A stretch of DNA of 64,000 nucleotides, taken from positions 44,538,176 through 44,602,175 of the forward strand of contig NC_068993.1 in NCBI RefSeq assembly GCF_001194135.2, given 5' to 3'. Source of the stretch: Octopus bimaculoides (lineage: Eukaryota). Of this stretch, positions 1 through 12,221 are shown in pieces. The position numbers and the translations under genes are program-made. The notes below the pieces were generated by a model. It made no database searches, was not told the origin of the DNA, and was given only the letters and a program-made list of their open reading frames with translations. Every line of letters begins with the position of its first letter. Positions within the stretch are counted from its first letter, which is position 1.

Positions 1-639
1 CTCGGAACATAAAGAGACGGAAGAAATACCATCATGCATTTTCTGCTGCGTGCTAACGATTCTGCTGGCTTTCCGCCTTCTCTGTCTTTTCTCTATGGAA
101 ACATGCACACTCTGTTCACTCTCGTACAAAAACAAATGATGAAGGATTCGTAAGCAAGTCCTTATTCCGTGAACAGATGAGTTATATAACTATGACTATA
201 AACTATAAGGATAAAACTGCAACAAATAATCCAGACAAGCTAAAGGAGTTGATCAGAATGGGATGTGGGCGTGATATCTTACAGAGGTAATGAGAACAGG
301 CGAAATGTTGGTTATCGAGTAGATTTCTGTGGGTAAATTCAGAGAATTAGTTTGTTACGGTCAAAGTAAAAGAGACAGAGACATGGCTCAGCATGTCCAC
401 ATGTAGGATTATCCTAAATGTATGTATGCCAAATGTACGATCGCAAATATGTAGTTGTTTAGCTTTAGGTCAAAACTTTCTGTTTAATTATTCCACGCAC
501 ATCAAGGATACCTTGTAAGACTGTTGAATCTATCCCAGCACTCAACTGGTACTGTATTTCATCTATTTATCTATCTATCCTTTCTTTCTTAAATGGAGCA
601 GGACCTGTTGAGGAAAAGAAATTGTGTTGCAGTGTATTT

Positions 640-1260
640 ATGTGTTGTAATCCTGAATTGGGTATGGTACGTGGGCCTAGCCTTGGATGAATTCTGAAAC
701 TAAAGTTGAGGTCGTTTGGGCAATGCTGGTGGTATATTCTCCACATCGTATCGCTCAGGCAGCGCTAGAGAGAATAGAGCTTCAATGCTTTAAGGTGGTC
801 CCAATAATCGAGATCAGTCATGCCCTTAATTCTTTTAGTGAATGCCCTTGAGATGTTTTGTTTTGTGTGAAGAGACCACAAAGAGCAGCAGTATTCGAGG
901 TGTGGCCGTGTAAAGCAGGAGAAATGAGGAATGGTAACCGAAAAGTTCTTAGAATCCAGGAGCTCATCCTGCGAGCTATATCGACCTTATTATTGATGTG
1001 GGTACTCCAGCTGAGATTGTTGTCAACAATTACTCCTAAGTCCCTGATATTGTTAGATGCTGCGAGTGGTTCCCCTGAAGAAAGAGAATATGGTTGTTTT
1101 AGCATAGTCTTTTTTGCAAAATGCATCAGTTCAAATTTTCCCTCGTTTAGACACATTTTGTTTTTATCTGCCCATTGACTTGTAGCATGAGACCAGACTG
1201 AAGTTCAGCTCGGTCTTCGTTGATAATTTTCTGGAATCATCGACCAAGTACAGGCATAAC
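640..1260 (-). mobile_element. Decayed non-LTR retrotransposon RT C-terminal fragment (CR1/L2/Jockey-like)
   Basis: ORF 818-1156 reads NEGKFELMHF...IRDLGVIVDNNLSWSTHI...ARRMSSWILRTF, a typical RT thumb region. Upstream is an ADD-like LVDDSRKL and downstream a frameshifted LYSL motif. Confidence 0.85.
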
Positions 1261-1299
1261 TACAAATGTGTACCCCCCACCTCGACTTTGTTGCCTCAT

Positions 1300-1870
1300 A
1301 ACTTCCAGAAAAATGGATACTTTTTAGCTTAGATGTTGTAGATTTAGAGAATATACAGATTTATGGGAAAGAATTTTTGCGAATAAGCGGGGGAAGAGTT
1401 TCGGAAAATTCACATGATCCTACTGTTTTTTCCCTCATAACTTTCAGGAAAATGAATGTATTTTAATGTAAGTTTATACAAATACCTTTTAAACAGCATA
1501 GATTATGATTAAATTTGTTTCCGAAGTTGGCGAGAGGAATTTCGGATCAAGAAGACCACATAAGTTGGAATTTCTCCGTTTTGACGGGCATTTTTCAATT
1601 TTTTTCTCACCACAGCCTGCTGGATGTTAACAAGTATGTAGAAAACGAATATGAAAAAAAAATTGCGCTAATGACCCTGGGGGGTGGAAAGAGGACTTTC
1701 GGAAAATTCACAAGATCCGATTTTCCGTCATAACTTTCGGTAAAATGGATTGATTTTTTTTTTTTTTTACGGAATCCTGCGTTTTTGGTTATGGAGGATC
1801 CGATTCTGAAAAAAAAATTTCAATTCCATCCCTTTCATTTTTCACTTTTTCCGGAATTTTTTTTTTTTTT
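1300..1870. repeat. Interspersed repeat with internal subrepeats; second copy at about 6570-6803
   Basis: GGACTTTCGGAAAATTCA(C/T)AAGATCCGATTTT(T)CCGTCATA and the following ...GAATCC...GGATCCGATTCTGAAAAAAA...TTTTCACTTTTTCCGGAA blocks recur at 1690-1860 and 6610-6803. Class undetermined. Confidence 0.7.
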
Positions 1871-2004
1871 TTTTTTTTGCGAAATACGTAAAAAAATACG
1901 AAGATTACGTTTCTTAAAATCGTGAGGTCGGTAAAATGACCGTTTCTAGGGCTTTGAGACAAGACCCCCATATGAAATCGTACGTGAGGAGACACCGTAA
2001 CATC

Positions 2005-2782
2005 CCACTCCAAAGCCAATCAAGCTGAAAGAAGTTCCAAACTTCTTCATCTGAAACATTGTGGCGGAGACGCCCGCATCTTCGTGAATGAAAATAAGTT
2101 CATGGTAGACGAAGTTGCAAACCGTCAAAACTCACGAGTGATAGCGTGCGACCCTTCCCAAGTTCCTTCAGCTATGCGTAGGAAGAATCCAGCTTCCATA
2201 GGTCTTTGGAGCTATTACAAGTGATGGGAAATTGATGCCTCCTCATTTTATTGAAGCGGGTCTTAAAATCAACACAGCAGAATATCTCAAAAACTTAAGT
2301 TTTGTTGCCTTGGATTAGGAAGCATTATGATGCAATTCGAGTCATGTTTGTAGGGAACTCCGCGCCCGCCCATTCTTCGAAAAGAATGCATGAATTTTTA
2401 AAGAAGGAATTGCCCATGTTTTTCCTTAAAGATATCTGGCCCTCTAGCTCGCCATATTTGACCCATGTAATTTTTAGCTTTGAGGTGCAGTTAATGCAAT
2501 GTCCAACAAAACTTCTCACAACTGTGTCTTCACAGAAGGCTTCGATCAAGCGAGCATTCGGTAAAATGAAAAAGGAAGAGATAATTAAAGTATGCGCATC
2601 ATTTCGTAAACAGACTGAACTGGTAAAGAAAGTAAATGGTGGTCACATTGAACTGAAATAAATGCTAAACACTCAACAATAAATTGGCATAAACATACAA
2701 TTTGCAGCGTTTGATTTTTTCCGAGTTATACCAATTATAATAATGATATTTAAATGGTCCCAATTTACCTGTCACACCATAT
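2005..2782 (+). mobile_element. Tc1/mariner-superfamily (maT/DD37D-like) transposase pseudogene with right end
   Basis: Frameshifted translation gives RIFVNENKFMVDEVANRQNSR / VFGAITSDGKLMPPHFIEAGLKINTAEYLK / LPWIRKHY..VMFVGNSAPAH..IWPSSSPYL (decayed QDxAPAH and WPxxSPDLNP). It ends in GTCCCAATTTACCTGTCACACC followed by TA repeats, a mariner-like TIR. Confidence 0.85.
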
Positions 2783-5700
2783 ATATATATATTTGAGAAT
2801 GAATTTACAATATAAGTATTGTACTTGATTGAAATATTTCATTTCCCTGCTTAACACTGAGCAGCCTCCACGACATTTGCCACCCTCTTGAGAGTTTCCA
2901 ACGTTCTGAAAGAAGATAACCCTGGTTAAGAACTAATTTTAATGAAAGGAAGAATATTAGGGTAATGTAATCAACCCTGGAGATATATATGATCGGATTG
3001 TTGCAGATGAAATGGCTTTGATCAGTTACGGGCAACCTGCGATCGATCGCAGGGCTTTCTGAATGGCACGTCTAACGAAAAGTTACCTTCAATATTTTTT
3101 AGTAATGCGGCCCGCCTGCTGATGAGCCAGTCTCATGCAACCCATCTAATGATGAGTTAGTGTCATGCAGCCCACTTCTCGAGAATGGTTGCACATGCCT
3201 GGTTTTGATCATAAGTCTGCTCGACCTGGATTAACATGAAACAACAGCAACTAGTTTACCATATTTCAATTACGTGATACACCAGGTGGGTCGTATTCAT
3301 GGAGATGCCTGTCGGACGGTAGGTATGAAAGGTCTTGCGTCGACCGCGCCTGAAATCGGAAAATTTTCAAGAAGTGAAAGATGATGTCATCTGTATAAGA
3401 CCCTGTGCGCGTATGTGTCCGGTTTAATAAGACCTGATCTTTGGGTGCCTATCACTCTGTTGCAAGCATTCGGGTCGCTTCCCTTGTTTGAAAATTACTT
3501 CCTCCCTAAAACCTGAATATTTGTATTAAGATTATTATGAGACTATTATTTCGTTTCAACATCGGACAAAATGCCTTGTGGTACGTAGTTACGGCTCTTG
3601 ATGTTTTCAGATCAAATACTGGCAAGATCAACTTTGTTTTTCATCCTTCCGGGGTCGATAAATTAATAAAGTACGAGTTACGTATTGGAGCTGATTTAAC
3701 TGACAAACCCATTTTCTCAAAAATTTTCTGGGAAAGACTTCCTCCCGTCCCCCTCCACCATTTTCTCCTTAATTTTCTTCCCCGCTCCAATTTCTTCATT
3801 TTTCCCTAACCGTAACCCTAAAACCCTAACTACAAACATTTTTGGAAATTTTTTTCAGAATTATAATCTCCGTATTTTTCCGTATATTTTGAAAAAAAAA
3901 AAAATTCTGAAAAAAAGTTTAAAATGAAGAAAGTAGAGGGGGTGGGGGAGTAATTTCAAAATCCTGATTTTTTTGCAGATTCGTATTCTCCGTAGCCGAA
4001 AACGGGGGTGTGTGTAGAAAAAAATAAAGTAATAAAATAAAGGGTGGGGTACAAAAGGAAGTCTTGCCAATTTCTGGCCTTCGAATTTTTTATTGAACAT
4101 GAACTGAATTCAACGAAGTGCAACTCATTACGATTTTGGTCTTCTAGCTGTAAAAAGAACAGTTCCGTTTTGTCTTCCATAATTTACGTATTACATATTT
4201 TAGAAAACATCATTATAGTTTACATACATATACACACACACACACATAGCTACAGAGCGAAAGAGAGGGAGAGAGTTCATAACTTCCGGTGTCCTTCACC
4301 CACGTGTCATCCCTTGTATTTAAACATTTAGTTTCACCTTGGACTTACGATATGTTGCTTCTTTCTTTTCATTTTATTTTAAGTTCGTTTATATATCACT
4401 ATTACCATTAGACCCAATATTGTATTCAAAATAGACAAATAAACATGTGTGATTAAATATATACATAAAGACAAATCACATTACACCCGAAGATATAACG
4501 AATTTCGGCGTGTTAATTTCATATACATGCCTACATACATAACACATATATCACACACGAATGGGCAGACGAAAGAAAGTAACATTCAACACATTTGGCA
4601 AGAGTTACATATACTATTTCCAGATTCTGGCGAGATAATTTCGTTCTACGAACCTACGAAACTTTCAGATGCATGAAACTAAGTGAGACTTATTAAATAA
4701 TATATAATACACGCGCATGTAAACAACAATGCGATGATGATGTAGAATCACAATTCAGAGAAGCTGAGTGTTGTCAAAACGCTATCGAATGCTTTATAAA
4801 GTTCCACCTCAGCTGGGAGCAAATGCCATCTACTTCTATGTGGATTAAAAACTAATATGTGAAGAGGCTGTAGGCTTATACATTGTTGTTCTTCACACAG
4901 ACACACCTATATCCATCGAAAGCCACAAAGTGAACTGTAGTCTTTGAATGTGTGTAGCCTGATATAGTCGACCAGTATTACCTTTTCGATTCCGATTACA
5001 ATTTCGGCTTAAGTATGCAAAGAATCTATGCTTCCGTATACATAGTTATAAGAAAATAGATATATTTACATGCAAACAATGTACACAGTGAACGTAAAGA
5101 GAAATACAATTTAATCTGTTTAACATGTGTGGCTGTGTGAAGGAAAACAATGCGTCATTTTTAATTTGTAGCTAAAAAGGCTTCTTCCATTTGAAAACCG
5201 ATATTTCTAGTTGAATGTTCTCTAAATGAGCGCAATAAAATAAATAACACAAACTAAAACCAGAAGTGTGAGAATGAAATATGCAAATAAGAATGAGGTC
5301 GAAATACGAAGCATATCTCTCTCAAAGTCTAAGATGAACACTACTAAAAATGTTCCAACCATAATTTTCTTTCAATTATTTACTCATTAGCTCAAATGTA
5401 TAATGAATATTATTCTTCGTACTCTTCCCTTTTGAAAACGTTATGACGTCAGTTGGGCGGTATTTAGCTATTATTTCTCGCCGGGTGGACGACTGTATAG
5501 AAGCTCCTGGTTTGCTTTATATCTCCACACACGGAACCCCACTGATATTAAATTAGTTGTATCCATATTTTGTGTTTAGGTATGTTCCATGCTCTATTTT
5601 CTCGGTAATTTTTCAGAGTAAGTTACTCTGAAAAATTACCATTTTCTCTTCGTCGTTTTGTATTTGTTTTCTTACTATCTGTATTTCCAACCTCATTTTT

Positions 5701-6843
5701 ATTTGAATATTTCATTTTACACATCTGATTTTAGCTTGTGTTACTTACGAAGACATTAGTAATTTACTGAACCTCTACTTTTATGCCCACAATACAGAAC
5801 AAGATTTTCATTTCCAACGTATGAAAAAGCGGTGTTTAATCAGTAGCTCGCTCACTTAAAATCCTCAATACACCCCCATTAAATACTTCGTTGACTGCTT
5901 CAAACAAGAGATGTATAATCTGTAAAAATAAAAGAACTTCAGTATTAAACTCAAGGTTCGTGGTCGTTGTCCCTTGTATATACTGCATAAAGGTCTTACA
6001 TAATATAGTAGGTCATGCATTTATAGTGCAGCAATGTAACTTCTTCTTATAGCTTGTAATAAGCAAGCACATGAAAGCTTAAAATATGAGACCTAGGGAA
6101 ATGAGTGCTGCACGAGAATGGCAGTTGTATACATTGCTTCTGGTAGAAGTTGTATGTCAATAGTTTGTAACTAGATTTACAACGCCCTACTTAACGGGTA
6201 TTAGATTTTGGAAAGACAGCAAGGCGGTGATTCACAAAGTAGAGAAGGAAGCAGAAAATGCTTCTTCAGGAATAAAGCACAATCATATACCGAAGGAAGA
6301 TGGGGACAAAGTCCCCAGTGATTAGTAAGACGAAATTGTTGTTGGACTGGTTTCATATGGGGGCTGCAAAGGTAACGTTGAGAATAATGTGTGGGCCAAA
6401 AGAACAGGGACATTCAGCGCCGCTGGAGGGACTTATACTATAGGAATGCGACAACAGCCAGTGGAGGAGCAACCCGCGGGGTTAATATAAAGATTTTCAC
6501 CCGTTAACGAAAACAAAAAAGACTAGCCTGCTGAGGATTAACAACCGTGTAGAGAACGAACATGACAAAAAGAAAAAAAACTGCGCAAACGATCCAGGGG
6601 GTGAGGAGAGGACTTTCGGAAAATTCATAAGATCCGATTTTTCCGTCATATTGAAGTTCTTTTTTTTTTGTTTTGTTTTTTTTTTTAACAGAATCCCACG
6701 TTTTTTGTTATAGAGAATCCGATACTGAAAAAAAGAAAAATTTTTTAAATCGCATTTTCAAAATTTCACCCCGCCCCTCGTTTTTCACTTTTTCCGGAAA
6801 TTTTNNNNNNNNNNAAAATATGGTTTGTAAAATTTCAATTTTT

Positions 6844-6876
<33 letters not shown>

Positions 6877-9710
6877 CCACCAGGCCTTCAAGCAGGCTAG
6901 CCACATGCCAGAAATAACAGCTAAATCTCACAAAACTGCGATAACATAATGTAATCAATCTACTCACCTTTCTGCAAAGATTTCTTTCAGAGTAATTTCC
7001 GCAGTGATACGACAAAGTAATTCTTGTGAAATTAAAGTTAAAGGGTAAACCAAAAATAAACACAAATTCAAATTTTAATTTCAAATCTTTTTATAAAAAA
7101 CTCCGACCCCCAAATTCCCCACCTGCCCGTCATCCCACTGTCTAAAAGTGAAAATAAAGGGTTGTTTTGTCTATTTCTCGTGTTCGCCTATAAAATTCGA
7201 AACTTTTCTCAGATTCCCCTCCCCAATTTCCGAAGCTTTACCTGTTATTATCTACTTGTTTGCAAAACTAAAACGAAATATTTCCGATATGAAAACTGTA
7301 CGTTATACCCTAAGATTGCCTAGCATGGCAATGTTAAGATGTGATTTCAAGGAGATTTGGTTGCAATGCCACTTTCTTTTCTATTGGAGTGTGATTCCAG
7401 CAATATTTGATAGCTATTCATGTTAAGCTTGTACATAATATGCCCGACATGCATGATGTATTAAGAGGAAGAAATATTAGTGTATTATGAAAAGTATGCT
7501 AACGACCTGTGTTGAATGTCGTTTCGTTCAATTGAATGAAACAACAAATACTATATTAATCTCAAAACCTGATCTTTAATCAAAGTCACACGCCAAGTAT
7601 TTTACAACCCTGAAATTTGTGATAAGAGTTCTCTCTCTCTATCTATCTATCTATCTCTCGTCAACTTGTACAGCTGTTTACAACAATTGACCTTAATAGT
7701 CCGGTGGGTCTGATTTTTATATTCCTTTGTTTCTCTTTGAAATTATATTTGGCGCTCTTCGTTGTGGCAGACGTACTTGAAATTTTCTTTACTACGTCTC
7801 TTGGCATTATTTTTTTTAGAAAGTCCTTCTAAAGCGGATAGAATATTTTATTTTAAACATATATATCAGTGATGCTATATATCTAAAACGTTTAAAACAT
7901 TGTTTCCTTTACTATGGTCCTCACCATTATTACTTTCGTTGTTACAATTATGTATTTGGCATAGCTAATGAATATTTAGCTTCACGTCTGCCCTTATCGA
8001 ACGAACCTACAATGAACTGCATTCCATGTTAGTTGTTTTTCCTTAACACTGTAAGTTGTAATTTAAGGGATATTTGGCTGTTATTTTCATGTAAAATATC
8101 ACTCTCCGACTGAGGGTATTTAACGAAAAAAGGAAACAGAATAACAAACACTAGCATCATTAAATTTCCTAAAGAAATAATGTTCAAACGTTTGGGTAAA
8201 AAAAAAATGAAATTGAATATATATTTGAAAAGATAACATTGTTTGACCCAGTAAAATACTGACTCCATAGATTGTTTTGGGCCAAATGACGAAAGAAAAC
8301 TTGCATGTAACTTTCAAAAGATGTGAAACATCGTACTGTTTCCCTAAGATTCTTCTGATATTTGGATCGAAGAAATAGAAACTACGATTTACAAACACGC
8401 TGGTGTTATAACAGCTGATAAACGGACAGCCTCACGTCAGTCATTTTATGCGACCTATGGGACACATGTCTTTCTGTGTAATGACTATTAACGTAACTAT
8501 GCTGTGAGGAGCAACTTCTGTGATGATTGCCTCTATGTTGGATCGTGTCTTCCAGTGTCCGAACCCAGGTATCCATAATTGTATATCCTTTTTAAAAATT
8601 TCGATTCATTGATCACATGTTCTACTACTCATAGCCGTATAAGCAGCATTATCGGCCCCCGGGCACTGAGCCCTGTAGTATTTTTCCTTAACAAGCCATA
8701 GTATACATAAGGCCCCCGAGCAAGTCACTGCACTGGGCCCTATAGCATTTTTTTACAGCAAGCCACAGCATACATAGAGTAAATTTGGGCCCTAGATCCG
8801 TGAAGCTGCCGGGCAACTGTCCCGTGTACCTATGCTGTAAGACGGTACTGCTACCAGCTGCCATGTAAATGAAATTAGATATAACTTTTGAAACTAAAAA
8901 TATATTGAAAGCGGCAACAGAAAAAAAAAAAAGAAAAAAAATACAAAAGCTTACAATATATTTTCAATTTAATTTTATTGATTGATTTCAAATTGTATTT
9001 CGTTTCACATTTCGTCTTCAATTTTATCAGAATAGCAGATGGTGATCAGTATTACACTCTGTATTTGACCTTTGTATGAAGAATCCCTCACTACGTTCCT
9101 CAGATCCTAACTGTTAACAGATTGAGGATCTGCTGGCAGTATATGAAATCCGATCTTTGTTTTTGTAAGTTACGGACAGTTCATTTCGAAGTTTTAAAAT
9201 ATTAAAATGATTACAAAATTATTTTAAACATTCATCGTCATAAATAAGCGACCATACACCTCATTTTGCTTTGTATGTTTCAAATTCTTACCGGTGTACA
9301 TCACTTTTAGTCTCCTCGAATTATAACGATTATACTTACTACCAGCATTTGACATTCTCGTTCCAGTTACGGCACTGTTGTTAGATTAATAGTGGATGTA
9401 TTAGTGACAAATCTATTTAGATAATCTCATTAAGTAAATTATTTCAACAATATTCAAGTAGACTTATAGCATAGGTAGTCCTCTATCCATTGCTTTGGAT
9501 ATAGTCTTCATTCATTCACCTTGTTGACCAACGTGTACACTTTTACATGAGGTTGTTTATGGCAGAAAGTGCAATGTAGTAGTTTGGACAGATTGCTTTT
9601 CCGTTAATGCCGAATGTCCATTTTGTTCTTGCATGTCTGTAGGTTTGGTAATGGTTACAGCGTAGACGAAAGATAGAATTTGGTCAGAACGTAATAGTTG
9701 CTGTTAGCTT

Positions 9711-9865
9711 AGGGGCGGACTGAGAGTAGTAAGGACCTTTGGGCATAACTGTTTACTGGGCCCCTTAGCATTGATATCAGCAGAGTGAACATGTAGAGTA
9801 TGGGCCCCTCAGAGCTCCGGGCCTTCGGGCAGTGTCCAATTGACAGACAGCTCAGTTCGCCCCCT
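9711..9865. mobile_element. Short MITE-like element (hAT-like TIRs)
   Basis: Imperfect terminal inverted repeats AGGGGCGGACTGAG / CTCAGTTCGCCCCCT around a GC-richer 155-bp core. No clear TSD. Confidence 0.5.
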
Positions 9866-10729
9866 CTAGTCACTACATTCAAGCACAGTGTTTTTGGACT
9901 AATAAAGTTATTGATGCTGCTAATATTTGTGTGTGTGTGTATTTTTTTTTTTCATCAACTGCCAAGCTATCCTAAAAACGCATCAAATAAGTTGTTCATT
10001 TCAGAAGTTTGGTGTTGACAATAGTAACTAACCTAGCAGACCTTGGGTACAAAACAATAAATAAATTGATAAAGGATTGAAATTGCTTAGTACTCATACC
10101 TTTTTGAAAGATATTATTAATCAATAGAGAAACAAAACTATTGTAGACACCTTTTTCTGTGATTCAGTTTTATAATTGATCTTATTCTGTAAAATATAAG
10201 ACTACATCTTAATTTACAATCTGCTATGTGTGTCTCTTCCACTGCGATAAGAACAACCACTGCTACTATGAATTTGAAAATTCTATGATACTCCTATCTA
10301 ATCATCTCATTTACAAGGTAGTGAATTGGCAATTGGCAGAATCAGGGCATCAGACAAAATACAAAGTTTGTGTACATAATTTCCCCTCTTCAGACTTAAG
10401 TGCTGCTGAAATAGACTACAAAGACAACTTGCAATAGACTTGAACTCCTCTTGTCTGATGAATTTGTCAATATTTTAACCACTTATCCATTTATCTCTGC
10501 AATGACAAATTTCAAAGAGAGCTCCTTCATTGTTTCTCAATCTGCTTGAAACAGTAGGCATATCTCCATCAAATCACACTATTGTTTTCAAAAAGGACTC
10601 ATGAGATAAAGTAGTTTGAAAAATAAAAGTGGGTTAGTCACTACTGGAATGTCTTTGATCATCCTAAGGGTTTACTTGTTTAACCATCCTGAGGTTAAAT
10701 GGCAACCACCATCTCTGCAATGATATCTT

Positions 10730-11101
10730 CATCATCATCATCATCATCATCGTTCGCTTTCCATGCTAGCATGGGTTGGACGATTTGACTGAGGACTGGT
10801 GAAACCAGATGGCTACACCAGGCTCCAATCTGATTTGGTAGAGTTTCTACAGCTGGATGCCCTTCCTAACGCCAACCACTCAGAGAGTGTAGTGGGTGCT
10901 TTTACGTGTCACCCGCACGAAGGCCAGTCAGGCGGCACTGGCGACAGCCACGCTTGAAATGGTGTATTTTATGTGCCACCTGCACCGGACCCAGTCCATC
11001 GGCACTGGCAACGATCTCGCTCGAATGTCTTTTCATATGCCACTGGCACAAGTGCCAGGGAGGCAACGTTGGTAACGATCAACGGCCACGCTCGAAATGG
11101 T
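10730..11101 (-). mobile_element. RTE-type LINE 3' end (family A), (GAT)n tail
   Basis: (ATC)n followed by TTCCATGCTAGCATGGGTTGGACG...AGCTGGATGCCCTTCCTAACGCCAACC. The same sequence occurs at 23030, 39750, 43000 and 55627. Confidence 0.85.
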
Positions 11102-11429
11102 GTAAATCACACTATTGTTTTCAAAAAGGACTCATGAGATAAAGTAGTTTGAAAAATGAAAGTGGGTTCGTCACGACTGGACTGTCTTTGATCATCCTAA
11201 GGGTTTACTTGTTTAACCATCGTAAGGTTAAATGACAACCACCATCTCTGCAATAATCTTTTGGAATTTATACTTGTACATTATTTGAATGTTGAGTAAT
11301 GACCAAAAGAATACAATCATGAAAACAAGCAGCTGAAATAGGATTCCTCCAAAGGATCTTTGGAGTAACATTACTCAACAGGGTGCATAACTTGGAGACC
11401 AGTGAGTCTCTCCAGGTTGAGTTGCTACT

Positions 11430-11720
11430 TCTCCCACATTGAGAAGACATGACTCTGGTACAACAGACATGTGGTTAGAATGCCACAGAAAAGGATTGCA
11501 TGGCAGATTCTTCTAGCCAAGCTAACTGGCAGGAGACCTAGGAATAGACCAAGAACACAATAGTTGGATAATACTCAATCTTGGTCTCAGTTGTTCACAT
11601 TTAGGAATCCAGCAAGTAAGTTTAATGATGGTCGCTTCAATAGGACCCTATGGAAGACTGAGGACTTTAACCCCATGCCTTGTCCATGAATAGTGGGTGG
11701 AAAAGATGAATGAATGGATA
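11430..11720 (+). mobile_element. Decayed LINE RT C-terminus (RTE-like) and 3' end
   Basis: Translation LWYNRHVVRMPQKRIAWQILLAKLTGRRPRNRPRT resembles the W.GHVxRM...GRRPRGRPRxRW tail. It ends in a (TGAA)n-like tail. Confidence 0.7.
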
Positions 11721-11895
11721 TTTTCAACATTTATTGGTACTCATTCAAGAATTAATTTCATAATTTCTTTATTTTAATTTTTTTTTTTTTTTGTCACAGG
11801 TTCACTCGATGAAAGATGTTAAGTCCTCGATGTTCTAATTTAAGAAACCATCTGTTATTTTCCAAGTTCTAAAACATATTTATAAAGTTACTTGA

Positions 11896-12221
11896 ATGGT
11901 TTGGTTCAGAATTCATCCAAGAAGTAAAGTGAACATGTATAACTTCCTGCACTTGGAATTAAGATGGTTATCTCGATGCTATCACACAAAGCACCATGAA
12001 AAACTTGTATTGAGACAAATTACAACTTATTTGTCTAGTTTGACTAGTTCTCTTTCTTCAAAGGACACTAGACCAAATGGCAGAGAACATTTAGCAGTAG
12101 TTCCAAAATATCACTCAACATGGATTCAGCCAGAAGGATTTGACACAGGAATCAAAGTTTACAATACTTTGACAAAACAAAAGGAAAAATTGATCTTACT
12201 TCGCAAAAACATTGCTACATG
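11896..12221 (+). CDS. CARS2: CARS2 coding exon 1 (presequence to ...KNIATW); start codon 11896 or 11935
   Basis: [24 protein letters not shown]; donor TG|GTAGGT at 12222 (phase 2). A strong upstream acceptor (T-tract then CACAG, 11799) implies an earlier non-coding exon. Confidence 0.88.

Noticed and set aside
3805-3832. CCCTAACCGTAACCCTAAAACCCTAAC, telomere-like hexamers
   Set aside because: Only about four degenerate units inside an interspersed repeat; not a telomeric array.
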